Shown here: positions 30,850 to 40,552 of the stretch, piece by piece
Layout: every line of letters begins with the position of its first letter
Numbering within the stretch: position 1 is the stretch's first letter
NCBI GenBank assembly: GCA_963674755.2
Contig: CAXXVS010000001.1
Coordinates: 448,001 to 512,000 of the forward strand
Reading direction: 5' to 3'
Length of the DNA stretch: 64,000 bases
DNA from: Desulfobacterales bacterium
GTDB taxonomy: Bacteria; Desulfobacterota; Desulfobacteria; Desulfobacterales; UBA5852
Translations under genes and position numbers: made by a program
The notes under the pieces: model-generated
What the model was told of the DNA's origin: nothing
Seen by the model: the letters and a program-made list of their open reading frames with translations, nothing else
Database searches by the model: none

Positions 30850-32379
30850 ATGGCAAGTTTCAAGATTGCTCCGAATAAGGTGGTTGGATTGACACTGACG
30901 CTGCTGGTGGGCCTGTCACTGAACGCGTTTGGCCAGCAGAAACAATTGCCCGCCGTCACTTTAAAGCAACCCCCCGCCAGGACGGTACAATCGGTCAAGC
31001 CCGGGGTGAGAACGACTGGGGCCTTGGCGGTCAAAGCAGCCGTGCCGGGGTTGAACGGCCTTACCCGGGCGGATGCCGAGAAAGCGTTGGCCAAAGCCGG
31101 TTTCCGGATCGGGATTGTCCAACACACCCCGAACGGCAAGGGGCGTCCGGGGACGGTAGTCAAACAAAGCCCTGACGCCAAGGCGCTGGCCGCCAAAGGC
31201 AGCGGGGTGAATATCTGGATTCTGACAAAGCGGGGCCCGGGTTTGCAGCGGGCTGCCCGGCCGGACGGATCCCAAAACCAGCCCCAACCCAGATTCCAGG
31301 CAGGCAAAAAGAAGCTTTGGATGACATTTCCCGGCACGGTGCCGGGGGTCGTCGTGTATGACAGCAAGGGGCAAATCCTGCAAACCTTCGGCCGTGGTCG
31401 GAAGTTCGACATTACCGAGAGCCTCCGCAAGACCAACGCCGGCCGAATTTATTGGGACATCGCCCCCAAGCCGGGCACCCAGGTGATGGCCATGCGCTGG
31501 GATCCGAAGGATCGTACACTCTTCAGTCTCGCCCAGTACCGCAACCTTATTCAGAAGTGGATCATCCCGGTGGACGACCGTGCCATGGCGGACAGTGAAC
31601 CCGGCAACGGCCTCATCGGCGGCGCGGCCCGGCTTGGTGTCGGCTATGTCAACGGTGAGGTTGGCGGCGGCGATGCCGCCGACTTCGGGCGGGTGACGGC
31701 CCTTGGCGCCGGCACGGGCACCCTGGTAAAGGTGGAAGTGGTCTCCGGCAGCGTAGCGCTGTACCTTTACGGCCCCACCCAGACCTATCTGGACGGCGGG
31801 AGCAGCCAGGTATGGATCGCTCTGGCGCCGAGCACCCCTTTCTTTTTTGAAGTCCGGCCCACCGGATCCACGGCCACGCCCTACCGCATTCGCATCTCCA
31901 AAAAGCAGTTGCATGATGCCTACGAGGCCAACGATACCCCGGCCCAGGCCAAAACACACAGCTCAGGCAGGGCTTTCCTGGGCAACCTCATCAACAGCAG
32001 CGGCGCCCATGTGGGCTTCAACGACTACTACAAGATCCGGATCAATGAACCGAAAAACGTTCGCATCAATGTTACCCATGCAGGCTTGGCAGCGGGCAAA
32101 CGGGTAACGGTTGCCCTCTACGACCCGAACGGCACCCTCGTCAGTTCGGAGAATTACGCCGGGAATGCCAACGGCTGCCTTTTCAACTACGACCTCAGAC
32201 CGGACTGGGATGACCCTTCCTATCCGGTGCCGTTTCCGGCCGGTGACTGGCGCATCCTGGTCAGCGAATACAGCAGCAACACCAGCGGTATCGGCTCTCC
32301 GTCAGCCTATGGCCTGGGAGATCCACCAGCGGCCTATACCCGCACGGATCATTGGATTACAACAGACCTGACGCCCTGA
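30850..32379 (+). CDS. secreted protein with PASTA-like domain and C-terminal beta-sandwich (PPC-like) modules
   Basis: Signal peptide; VPGLNGLTRADAEKALAKAGF..GTVVKQSP; DAYEAND..A, DYYKI. Confidence 0.65.
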   Translation: MASFKIAPNKVVGLTLTLLVGLSLNAFGQQKQLPAVTLKQPPARTVQSVKPGVRTTGALAVKAAVPGLNGLTRADAEKALAKAGFRIGIVQHTPNGKGRPGTVVKQSPDAKALAAKGSGVNIWILTKRGPGLQRAARPDGSQNQPQPRFQAGKKKLWMTFPGTVPGVVVYDSKGQILQTFGRGRKFDITESLRKTNAGRIYWDIAPKPGTQVMAMRWDPKDRTLFSLAQYRNLIQKWIIPVDDRAMADSEPGNGLIGGAARLGVGYVNGEVGGGDAADFGRVTALGAGTGTLVKVEVVSGSVALYLYGPTQTYLDGGSSQVWIALAPSTPFFFEVRPTGSTATPYRIRISKKQLHDAYEANDTPAQAKTHSSGRAFLGNLINSSGAHVGFNDYYKIRINEPKNVRINVTHAGLAAGKRVTVALYDPNGTLVSSENYAGNANGCLFNYDLRPDWDDPSYPVPFPAGDWRILVSEYSSNTSGIGSPSAYGLGDPPAAYTRTDHWITTDLTP

Positions 32380-32589
32380 GAACTGCCGCAGGGCCTGGGC
32401 TCGATCAGGTCGTCCCAACCAAAGACAAAGGCAGCCTTTATTGTTCGGGTGGCGGCTTACTGCGAGTTGGCGGTTTTCGGATTTTGTCGATCGATGGGTT
32501 AGGAGAAAAAACGCCCACCGCACCTTCAGGCCAAGGGCGATGGGCGTAATCCGTCTACGCGTCTTACATCGGATGGCAGGGTTTGGTGG

Positions 32590-33036
32590 CTACTCCACGC
32601 TGATGTTGACCTGGCGTGGTTTTTCTTCTTCCGGTTTGGGGATGGTGATCTTGAGCACGCCGTTCTTGAAATTGGCCTTGATGTTGTCGGAGCGCACCAT
32701 GGCCGGCAGGGCGAAGGAACGCCCGAATTTGCCGAACACGCGTTCGCTGCGGTAGTAGCTGCCGTTGCCGATGCAACTGTCCACCACCCGCTCGCCCTGG
32801 ATGGACAGGACGTTGTCTTTCACTTCGATGGCGACCTCCTCCTTGTCCACCCCCGGGATCTCCACAAAGATCAGGATCGCCTCCTGGGTGTCCACGATAT
32901 CCACGGCCGGCCGCCAGGCCACCGTGGCATCGGAATCATAGCCGCCCGGCTGGGCAAAGACATCCTCGAATAGCCGGTTGATCCCCTGTTGCAGACTGGC
33001 AATTTCCCGTGCCGGACTCCATTTGATGATGGCCAT
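32590..33036 (-). CDS. Hsp20/alpha-crystallin small heat-shock protein
   Basis: GGAGG RBS; WRPAVDI, VEIPGVDKE, SERVFGKFGRSF.LP, NGVLKITIPK. Confidence 0.93.
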   Translation of the reverse strand: MAIIKWSPAREIASLQQGINRLFEDVFAQPGGYDSDATVAWRPAVDIVDTQEAILIFVEIPGVDKEEVAIEVKDNVLSIQGERVVDSCIGNGSYYRSERVFGKFGRSFALPAMVRSDNIKANFKNGVLKITIPKPEEEKPRQVNISVE

Positions 33037-33381
33037 GCTTTCCTCCCGTGTTGCTGGTGCCAATGTCGTTTTCAGATAGAACGATCTAAAATCATTAATA
33101 AATTTAGCTTAAAAATAATCATGGGCACGTTTCTGTCAATGGACCATGAAGAAGGGCCCGATGTCGTAGGATATAGGCGAATCCCTTGTCTCCGGGGTGT
33201 GCATGTGATAAAGGGAGCAGAGTCAAAGAAGAGCTCCAATGGCTGTTCCCATTGGCTTTTCCTGGAGAGCCGGCCTACCCCACCATCCCATACCAGACGA
33301 AGCGTCACGGTGTTTTGGGGCTACGCTAAAACACCGCTGCCTTTTTATAGATATCAAAACGAATTGCGCGAGGCGCTGGTT

Positions 33382-33450
33382 TTTCATTCCCGTGAAGGCA
33401 GGGGATCCACCCACAATGCAACGACGTAGTTTCCTGGACTCTCGCCTGCA
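33382..33450. repeat. degenerate ATTCCC-type REP-like palindrome
   Basis: TCATTCCCGTGAAGGCAGGGGATCCA...TGGACTCTCGCCTGCA resembles the GTCATTCCCGCG.AGGCGGGAATCCA repeat class. Confidence 0.4.
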
Positions 33451-33725
33451 CTATGTCACGATTGAAAAAGTTTTCTCGAGTGTATCTTTCATTGTTTTTT
33501 CTAAAGAAGGGGCGAGTTGGGGACGTGGTTGATGAAAAACGTAAAAAAACTTGTTGGTACTCTTTGTCAACAAGATCCCCATGATCTCCATTATATTAAA
33601 TCTGTTTCAAGATAACTTGTTTTTGTAATTATCATGCAGCCTGATAATTACGATAATAAGCGCGAAAAGCTGCAATCGATGCACATAAAATTGGGCGGCA
33701 AGAATTGTAGATTCTATATAATCCA

Positions 33726-33840
33726 TTGATAGCCGTAGATTTTGTGGTATTTTTGTCGAAAAAGATGGACAATTGTATCGTATGTATCTTGATACAATTA
33801 TCCGTCAAAAAGCTGCAGCATGATAATATTATAGTTATAC
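33726..33840 (+). promoter_or_regulatory. candidate cassette promoter(s) and attI-like crossover site
   Basis: TTGATA-N16-TATTTT (33726) and TTGTCG-N17-TATCGT (33753); GTTATAC at 33834-33840 is complementary to GTATAAC ending cassette 1. Confidence 0.5.
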
Positions 33841-33852
33841 TCAAAAATTCTT

Positions 33853-34221
33853 ATGGAACTAAAAGAGCCAATCTATAATGGGTTTTACAAATTTAGCTTT
33901 GAGGAAGCATTTTCGAGATTTAGCGAATATTTTGGTCAATATAAGATCAAAAGAGCGAACAAAAAGATTGGTGAAATAATCTTAGAAGCAGCATACCCAT
34001 ATAGTTTGGGTCTTTGGTCTACTTGGATCAAACATATTGTAATAAATATTGAACAAAGAGGTACAAATTTGTCCGAGATCGAAATTTATGGAAAGCCTGT
34101 ATTATCTCCTCATCATTTATTTAAAGAGCTGTATTATCGGAGGATTAGAATAGACATCATTAAATTCAAAGATGATTTTATAAAGTCTTTTCAAGAGTTT
34201 GAATTGCGTCATTTAAAATAA
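33853..34221 (+). CDS. cassette 1 hypothetical protein
   Basis: 122-aa AT-rich ORF filling the space between GTTATAC and attC1. Confidence 0.7.
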   Translation: MELKEPIYNGFYKFSFEEAFSRFSEYFGQYKIKRANKKIGEIILEAAYPYSLGLWSTWIKHIVINIEQRGTNLSEIEIYGKPVLSPHHLFKELYYRRIRIDIIKFKDDFIKSFQEFELRHLK

Positions 34222-34226
34222 AGTTA

Positions 34227-34290
34227 GTATAACAAGCGGCTGCTGCAGACCGCGATAGCCCGCCGCGGCTGCAGAGCCGCGACGTTATGA
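34227..34290 (+). other. attC site 1
   Basis: GTATAAC-aagcggctgctgcagaccgcg..cgcggctgcagagccgcgac-GTTATGA imperfect hairpin. Confidence 0.88.
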
Positions 34291-34306
34291 AGTTGAATAT
34301 TTGAAT

Positions 34307-34612
34307 ATGAAAATTCCAGAAATAAAAATTGTTCTAAATCCAGAAACTGACGAGGCAAAAAGAGCTATAGGCTTCAAATGGGCTGGTGAGGATAGCGAAG
34401 GTCGCACTGTCGGCTGCCGCCATAAAATTGGAGGAGAACCGGATTGGCTACAATCTGATGAAAGTCCTGATTGTGAGTGTGGAAAAAAAATGGCCTTTTA
34501 CGGTCAATTCGATTCAATTGGTGATGAATTTTGCCTTGGGGACTGTGGGATTATTTATGTATTCGTTTGTTTCGACTGTTTTACAACCAAAAGTATCCTT
34601 CAGTCATATTGA
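34307..34612 (+). CDS. cassette 2 YwqG/DUF1963-like protein
   Basis: HKIGGEPDWLQ..CECGKKMAFYGQFD..GDCGIIYVFVC. Confidence 0.65.
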   Translation: MKIPEIKIVLNPETDEAKRAIGFKWAGEDSEGRTVGCRHKIGGEPDWLQSDESPDCECGKKMAFYGQFDSIGDEFCLGDCGIIYVFVCFDCFTTKSILQSY

Positions 34613-34625
34613 AAAATAAATAATT

Positions 34626-34751
34626 TCATAACCATGCAGTCCAGGTGACAGCCAGGGCCGATGCGTTCGAAGAAAACCGTTATAAACAGACAATTATCAT
34701 CTTTTAAAAGGTCAGTGGAAGCCCTGGCTGCCCCTGACCGCCACGTTCGGT
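34626..34751 (+). other. attC site 2 (long)
   Basis: TCATAAC..cagccagggc...gccctggctg..GTTCGGT. Confidence 0.8.
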
Positions 34752-34759
34752 GTAATGAA

Positions 34760-35242
34760 ATGAAGATTATCATAATTGTCGTTTTTGTCTTAGCAGCTAT
34801 CGGTGTTTCAGCATGGCTATTAACCCATCGCTTTCGACCTATAATTGGTGAGATTGCACCAGCGCATGTTCTCCAAGAAAAATATGGACTGTACGCTGAG
34901 AACCGTCCTGACATCAAACTCAATCCTGAAAATGTCCCAGAGGATCTTCGTATACTCATTCCCCACGCTGAGAAGTGGGGAATAGGTGACGATATTATAA
35001 GAAATGATTTCATCGAAAAAACTAAAGATGGCGAGAAGCAGGAGTTGCACGACGCACTTTACGAACCATATGAGCGGATAACTGCATGGTTGGATAGTTT
35101 TGGCAACAACGCTATGTCTGATGAAGCAGCAGCTTTCATGTACATGCAACTCGCGCTTGATGAGATGGGGATTTACATTCTCGAAGAAAAAAAGATGGCA
35201 AAGGGAAGCACCCAACAAACGAATACACCTGACAAAAAATAG
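34760..35242 (+). CDS. cassette 3 hypothetical protein with N-terminal membrane anchor
   Basis: MKIIIIVVFVLAAIGVSAW; VPEDLRILIPHAEKWGIGDDIIR; stop codon lies inside attC3. Confidence 0.7.
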   Translation: MKIIIIVVFVLAAIGVSAWLLTHRFRPIIGEIAPAHVLQEKYGLYAENRPDIKLNPENVPEDLRILIPHAEKWGIGDDIIRNDFIEKTKDGEKQELHDALYEPYERITAWLDSFGNNAMSDEAAAFMYMQLALDEMGIYILEEKKMAKGSTQQTNTPDKK

Positions 35243-35279
35243 CTGCGCAATTTTTTGAAGGTGATTCTGGCCGTTCGCC
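35210..35279 (+). other. attC site 3
   Basis: ACCCAAC..gaatacacct.acaaaaaat..attttttg.aggtgattc..GTTCGCC. Confidence 0.8.
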
Positions 35280-35401
35280 AATAAATAATACAACAAGTGA
35301 GGCAATTATGGCTGATGCAAAGGTTCAGAGAGAACTTTCAATAAGAAGTGAATCAGTTCAACGTGTGTTTAATTTCCACATAAGTAGCCTTTTTTATGTT
35401 A

Positions 35402-36516
35402 TTAACCCGGCAATAATAGTTGCCAATTATGCTGCGTAAGCAATCTTAGGATGTTTAAAGTATTTTGCAACGCGCCTTGGCAATTTTTGTAGCATGCGAA
35501 GGTGGCTTAGCGCCTTGCTCTTTAATTGGGATTTTGACCTGGCTGGCGCACCGGAATGAACCCCGGCCTTCAAATCACAGTTCAAATATTCATCTGGATT
35601 CAATTCGGGCGAATACGAGGGCAAAAAGAACAGTTCGATTTTGTCTTTATGCTGATCGATCCAGTCTTTGACAATATGACTATGATGAACTCGCAGATTG
35701 TCCAAAATCAAAAATACCTTTTTGTCGGCATCTTTTATCAATCGTTTGCAAAATTTGATAAAGGTCTGCGAGTTCATTGTCTGATTGTAGATCATGAAAC
35801 GGACTTTACCCTGATTGGTAATCGAAGAGATCAGGTTGACCCTTTCCCTTTTTGCATTGAGCCGTATGGCAGGCGTTTTTCCTCTTGGCGCATAGCTTCT
35901 GCCATGCTGACTGTCGCTGCAAAGCCCGGTCTCATCCCCCCAATTTATCTCAGCGTCTTCTTTCTTGGCCCTGACTGCAATGGCGGGATACTCTTCGTCA
36001 AGCCATTTTTGAACCAATTTTGGGTTCTGTTCATAGGCTCTGCGCAAAGGCTTTTGGGGGGTAAAGCCCCAGCGGTTGAGGTACTCACCTACGGTGCGAA
36101 TCGGCATATTGATGGAAAAAAGCTGCGTGATCAACTGCTGGACAGCCCGACGGGTCCAAAGGGCAAATGGGAACTTGAGTTGATCAGGGGTTTTATCGGT
36201 AATTACCTTTTTCAGCTGCTTTTCCTGCTCTGGATCAAGCGTTCGGCAACTACCGGTTTTGCGCCCCCGTTTCTTTGCCTTAATCGCATTTTGACCGCCT
36301 TTTTCGTAGGCTTTAAATATCTTGCACGCATTAGTGTAGTGAATGCCAACAACCTCACCGATCTCTTTGTAAGTTTTGCCAGCTTTGCGAAGCCTTACAA
36401 CTTGTCGGCGCAGTTGCTCTTGAACCTCTGGTTTAAGCTTTCTGGTGTCTGTTGTTTCCATGCGAAGTACTATACCATACTTCGCAGTATTTTGGTATGA
36501 ATAATCGCCGGGTTAA
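35402..36516 (-). mobile_element. IS630-family insertion sequence
   Basis: Terminal IRs TTAACCCGGCAATAAT / ATAATCGCCGGGTTAA; TA duplication at 35400-35401 and 36517-36518. Confidence 0.93.
35427..36461 (-). CDS. IS630 transposase
   Basis: N-terminal HTH; DDE motifs WGDETG, LILDNLRVHH, LPSYSPELNPDE. Confidence 0.95.
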   Translation of the reverse strand: METTDTRKLKPEVQEQLRRQVVRLRKAGKTYKEIGEVVGIHYTNACKIFKAYEKGGQNAIKAKKRGRKTGSCRTLDPEQEKQLKKVITDKTPDQLKFPFALWTRRAVQQLITQLFSINMPIRTVGEYLNRWGFTPQKPLRRAYEQNPKLVQKWLDEEYPAIAVRAKKEDAEINWGDETGLCSDSQHGRSYAPRGKTPAIRLNAKRERVNLISSITNQGKVRFMIYNQTMNSQTFIKFCKRLIKDADKKVFLILDNLRVHHSHIVKDWIDQHKDKIELFFLPSYSPELNPDEYLNCDLKAGVHSGAPARSKSQLKSKALSHLRMLQKLPRRVAKYFKHPKIAYAA

Positions 36517-38203
36517 TAACAGGCGTTATCAACGCAAGCTTATATGGACAGAAGATGAAAAACGACAATTTATTGATTCAATCGTAAAAGGATACCCAGT
36601 ACCTATAATTTTGCTTGCTGAAGCTGAGATTGAAGGGAAGAGATCATTTGAAATTATTGATGGAATGCAAAGATTGAATGCAATTGTCGCTTTTATAGAG
36701 GGTGAGTTTCCATATCAAGACAGCTTTTTCGATTTGAATACTATGGTTGAATCTAAATCTTTGTTGGATGATGGAAGTCTCTCCCAAAAAGAGCCTAGGT
36801 TAGCCCGTAGTATTTGTGAATCAATAGCCAGTTATATTTTACCTCTCTCCGTTTATTCGTTTGATGACGCAAGAAGAGTTGATGATATATTTAGGAGAAT
36901 TAATGCCGGTGGAAAACATCTTTCTAGACAAGAATTGAGAGCTGCTGGATCTTTGAGAACTTTTGCAGATATAGTTCGGGAACTCAGTGCTGAAATCAGA
37001 ACAGATGTAAGCCAAAGTACAATTCTACCGCTATTTATGATGAAGGAGATAAGTATCACAGATGTTAATTTGCCATACGGGATACCCGTCAATTCACTAT
37101 TTTGGATCAACAACTCTATCATCACTAAGGAAATGATAAGAGATTCAAGAGATGAAGAAATCGTATCGGATATTGTGGCATCGATGGTCTTAGATGAATA
37201 TCCGGGATCGAGTTCGGCAATCCTTGATGAATATTACGGGCTGAATGAAAGTGATAGAACAAGTGCAGTTGATACCGCATTGCTTAAGCGTCAACTTGAT
37301 AGAATTCGCTATGAATTTCTCCAAGTTTATGATGAGCTGAGGACTATCATTGAAAATTCTTCAAAAACTTTTCAACAGCTAGTTTTTCGTGATCCCGCAC
37401 AAAGGCTACCTCGATATTTTGAAGTTTTATTCTTGGCTATTCACAACTTAATGTTCATTGAGAACAAACGTGTAAGCGATTATAAGGGGCTGATAAATTC
37501 ACTTAGCGGTATTGCAACTCATATTCAAATTACTGCCGGAGGAAATTGGAGTTCAAAAAATAAGACGGACAATATTAATGCAGTAAAAGGTATTATTTCA
37601 CAGCATTTTCAACCAGCGGGGGAAGACGATCCAGGCTCTAAAAAATGGGTCACAGAATTTGAAACAATTCTAATGCAGTCTCGTACAGAGCAAAATTTAT
37701 ATGATTTCAAACAAGGGTTTTTAAGTTTAGATGGTAACGATACTTTTAATACTGCTCTAATAAGCAAAGTTGTAAAGACCTTAACAGCAATGGTTAATAA
37801 GTCTGCGATATCTGTGGGCTATATTTGCATAGGGATTCCAGATAAAGAAGAAGACTTTGAAAGACTAAAAACACTTTTCAATATTACCCCTTATATATTT
37901 CGAAATTTCACGGTTACAGGCGTAAGACATGAACCCGATGCCTTAGGCATCTCGATTGATGAATATTTTAAAAAAATATTGGATTCTATTAAATCAGAGC
38001 CAATACAAGAAGAATATAAGGACATTATTTGTAAAAATGCGCGCCTTATTCAATATTATGATAAAGATATATTAATTTTAAAGATTGTATCGACCGGAAC
38101 CCCTGCTATCTATGACAGTAAATACTATACAAGACATGGTTCGCATCTTCAGGAAATTTCTCCAGAAAATTATTCCCAGTTTTTTTTAACATATCAAAAA
38201 AGT

Positions 38204-38289
38204 GGCGAACAACAGCATTAACTCGGGCTGGTAAAAGCTGCGCGCTCCGCTTTGCAGCTTTTACCAGCCGTTTATGCAGAGCGTTCTGT
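38204..38289 (+). other. attC site 4
   Basis: GGCGAAC..gcattaac..ggctggtaaaagctgc..gcagcttttaccagcc.gtttatgc..GTTCTGT. Confidence 0.9.
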
Positions 38290-38298
38290 GAATAGATT

Positions 38299-38757
38299 AT
38301 GAAAATATTGCTTATAGTCATAGCTGCTGTGATATTGGGTATATTTATATTCGGATGTTCGAGAAAAACTGTGGAGATTCCAAAAATTCATGGAAGTCTA
38401 AAAGACATCGAAACTCATCTTAGAAAATTAATGAATAGCGACAACGATTATGCCTTCCTGATAATTGAGATTTCAGGAACAGATGATTTTATTCAAATTT
38501 CAGGCGATAAGAAAAGTGTTCAATTAGATTTTCCTTTGGCAACAGACCGTCAGAAGAATTTAGAATCGAAATTCAAGCAAATTGCAAAGCAACATAATTT
38601 AGATGTCGTTAACAGCAACGGCACAGATGGTACGAGACTCCTTGATATTAATATGCATGGCAGTCCATCTGAAGTTGCGAAGGCTTCAATAAGGTTTATG
38701 AAAGGCCTGTTTGGTGTCAGCGAAAATACAGAAATTGATTTTCAATTAAACATCTGA
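38299..38757 (+). CDS. cassette 5 hypothetical lipoprotein
   Basis: MKILLIVIAAVILGIFIFGC; followed by ACAGAAC (38760-38766), the start of a truncated attC. Confidence 0.7.
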   Translation: MKILLIVIAAVILGIFIFGCSRKTVEIPKIHGSLKDIETHLRKLMNSDNDYAFLIIEISGTDDFIQISGDKKSVQLDFPLATDRQKNLESKFKQIAKQHNLDVVNSNGTDGTRLLDINMHGSPSEVAKASIRFMKGLFGVSENTEIDFQLNI

Positions 38758-38788
38758 CCACAGAACAAGCGCCTATACAAAAGTAATT

Positions 38789-38876
38789 GGGTCAAGTCTG
38801 CCCATGATCCAATTAAATTTCAAGATGAGTCATGAGCAGACTTGACCCCAAGGACTCTGACCCCAAGGACCCCAAG
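38789..38876. repeat. GGGTCA/TGACCC inverted-repeat element plus three GACCCCAAG direct repeats, replacing attC5
   Basis: GGGTCAAGTCTGCCCATGA (38789-38807) / TCATGAGCAGACTTGACCC (38830-38848); GACCCCAAG at 38844, 38859, 38868. Confidence 0.75.
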
Positions 38877-38942
38877 AATGAATCGCTTTACAAATGCAAT
38901 TTGCCTTTTCAAAATGGTTATGCTTTTCAACTTGGAGAAATC

Positions 38943-39848
38943 ATGAAACAATTAAGGAAATTAAATTTTTTAATCAGTGTAATGGCTATGATTATTTTAA
39001 TATTTATTGGTTGTAACGGAACTACTGCCGTGAGGCCGAATGAAGCTAATTATGATCAAAGCAGCGGGAAATTTATTACACAGGATGGATATACCTTTTC
39101 TTATCGATACTATCCAGCGGCTTCAAAAGGCCCCTCGGTTATATTTATCCCCGGGATGGGCGGGCGATCAACATGGCACGGTTCGGGGGCTTATGCACTT
39201 ACAGACGGATTAAACACAATAAATGTTAATTTCATCGGTTTTGACCGTGCTGGCGCATTATCAAGCGGTTCGCAGCCAGAGCACATTCGTAATACAATGA
39301 AGCGAAGCAAAGGTGGCGCTCTGAACTTCCCGACAGTCGACGGCAAAGAATCGGCTGCCCAGAATATTGTCAAAAATGAAATTGCGGCATTGCTCGAATT
39401 CGCCGAATCCTCACCAACACATGATCCTCAGAAAGGGGTGTATTTAATAGGTGGGAGTTTTGGTGCAATGATTGCCTTAGAATCCGTGGCATCTTTTCCC
39501 GATAAGCTAAAAGGGGTCATTTTTGTTTCACCCTCTGTTCTTCCCGTATGGTTTACAGAAGAGACGCAATCCCGGGAAGCAAAATTTGATATAATCAATC
39601 ACTTTCAGTCGCTTGTTAAAGCCTTTGGATCAAGACCCGGTCTTGCAATTGGGAGCGATAAAGACAAGATTTCTACAAAATTCCCAGGTACCTCACTTGA
39701 TGGAGCAAAATTCTTAGAAATTGAAATAGGTGATAATATAGAGGTTTTGGATGTTGATTCATCATTGCATTCTTGGGAACTTATTGGAGGTAACAAGAAG
39801 GTAAGAGATCAAATTGTCCTATGGTTGGAACAAAAAGCAAGTATATAG
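38943..39848 (+). CDS. cassette 6 lipoprotein alpha/beta hydrolase
   Basis: GGAG RBS; IFIGC lipobox; VIFIPGMGG, GGSFGA, D and H near C-terminus; bounded by GTTATGC (38917) and GCATAAC (39864). Confidence 0.75.
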   Translation: MKQLRKLNFLISVMAMIILIFIGCNGTTAVRPNEANYDQSSGKFITQDGYTFSYRYYPAASKGPSVIFIPGMGGRSTWHGSGAYALTDGLNTINVNFIGFDRAGALSSGSQPEHIRNTMKRSKGGALNFPTVDGKESAAQNIVKNEIAALLEFAESSPTHDPQKGVYLIGGSFGAMIALESVASFPDKLKGVIFVSPSVLPVWFTEETQSREAKFDIINHFQSLVKAFGSRPGLAIGSDKDKISTKFPGTSLDGAKFLEIEIGDNIEVLDVDSSLHSWELIGGNKKVRDQIVLWLEQKASI

Positions 39849-40006
39849 GCCAAGATCTCGATTGCATAACCTACCTTATCCTTTTGCCGAGGCTGCCTGA
39901 TGCCTCTTTCTCTATCCAATCGTCCTCGGCTTACAGCTTGTCTTTACCATCAGGCTGTCCAACTTTTGGGGTCCACCGCCGTTTAGTTCGATGCAGGAGG
40001 AAATGA

Positions 40007-40552
40007 ATGCTATGCCCGGTTTGTAAAAGAGCGACCTTATTTTCGAAGACGGTTTTGGAATCCCTTGCGATGGCATGTTGTACCGAATGCAAAGGGAAAT
40101 GGCTTTCTTCCGCTTCATATTGGTCCTGGCATGACACACTGAAGGGCGAGCGGCCTAAAAAGGAGTATTCGGATTTCACGTGTGAGGTGCATGACGCGCC
40201 CGAGGCGAAAATTTGTCCGGATTGCGGCCGGATTCTCATCAAGTTTAAAGTCGGACACGGGATCGATTTTAAGCTCGACCATTGCAACGGCTGCAACGGC
40301 GTTTGGTTTGATGAGAACGAGTGGGAAATGCTGGAGAGTCGAAATCTCCATGACGAAATCCATAAAATCTTCACGACCGCTTGGCAAAATGAAATTCGTA
40401 TAGAAGAAAAAAACAACTATTTCGATGAGATGTATCAGCAGAAGTTCGGCAGCGACTATTTGAAGATAAAAGAATTCAAAGCATGGATGGACGAGCATCA
40501 ATTGAAAACGACCATCCTGGCCTTTCTATCGGATCCCAAACCCTACGCATGA
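40007..40552 (+). CDS. double zf-TFIIB zinc-ribbon protein (probable degenerate cassette 7)
   Basis: AGGAGG RBS; CPVC..CTECKGKWL and CPDC..LDHCNGCNGVWFDENE. Confidence 0.8.
   Translation: MLCPVCKRATLFSKTVLESLAMACCTECKGKWLSSASYWSWHDTLKGERPKKEYSDFTCEVHDAPEAKICPDCGRILIKFKVGHGIDFKLDHCNGCNGVWFDENEWEMLESRNLHDEIHKIFTTAWQNEIRIEEKNNYFDEMYQQKFGSDYLKIKEFKAWMDEHQLKTTILAFLSDPKPYA

Larger units (their letters stand above)
35308..38221 (+). pseudogene. cassette 4 DUF262 (ParB/Srx-like) - AlbA_2/Schlafen-like fusion protein interrupted by IS630
   Basis: Removing the IS and one TA restores MADAKVQRELSIRSES..FYV|NRRYQRKLIW..FIDSIVKGYPVP..IIDGMQRL..FRRINAGG; C-terminus YDFKQGF..KTLTAMVN..GYICIGIPD..YYTRHGS. 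Confidence 0.8.

Noticed and set aside
33040..33830. Integron integrase or remnant upstream of the array
   Set aside because: Short ORFs on both strands show no tyrosine-recombinase motifs (no RHxxR/HxLRH or Y box)
33610..33840. AGATAAC...GTTATAC as an additional attC
   Set aside because: About 230 bp with asymmetric spacers and no upstream cassette ORF; better read as the attI/promoter region
38844..38876. GACCCCAAG repeats as a mini CRISPR array
   Set aside because: 9-bp units with 0-6 bp gaps and no cas genes; far from CRISPR dimensions
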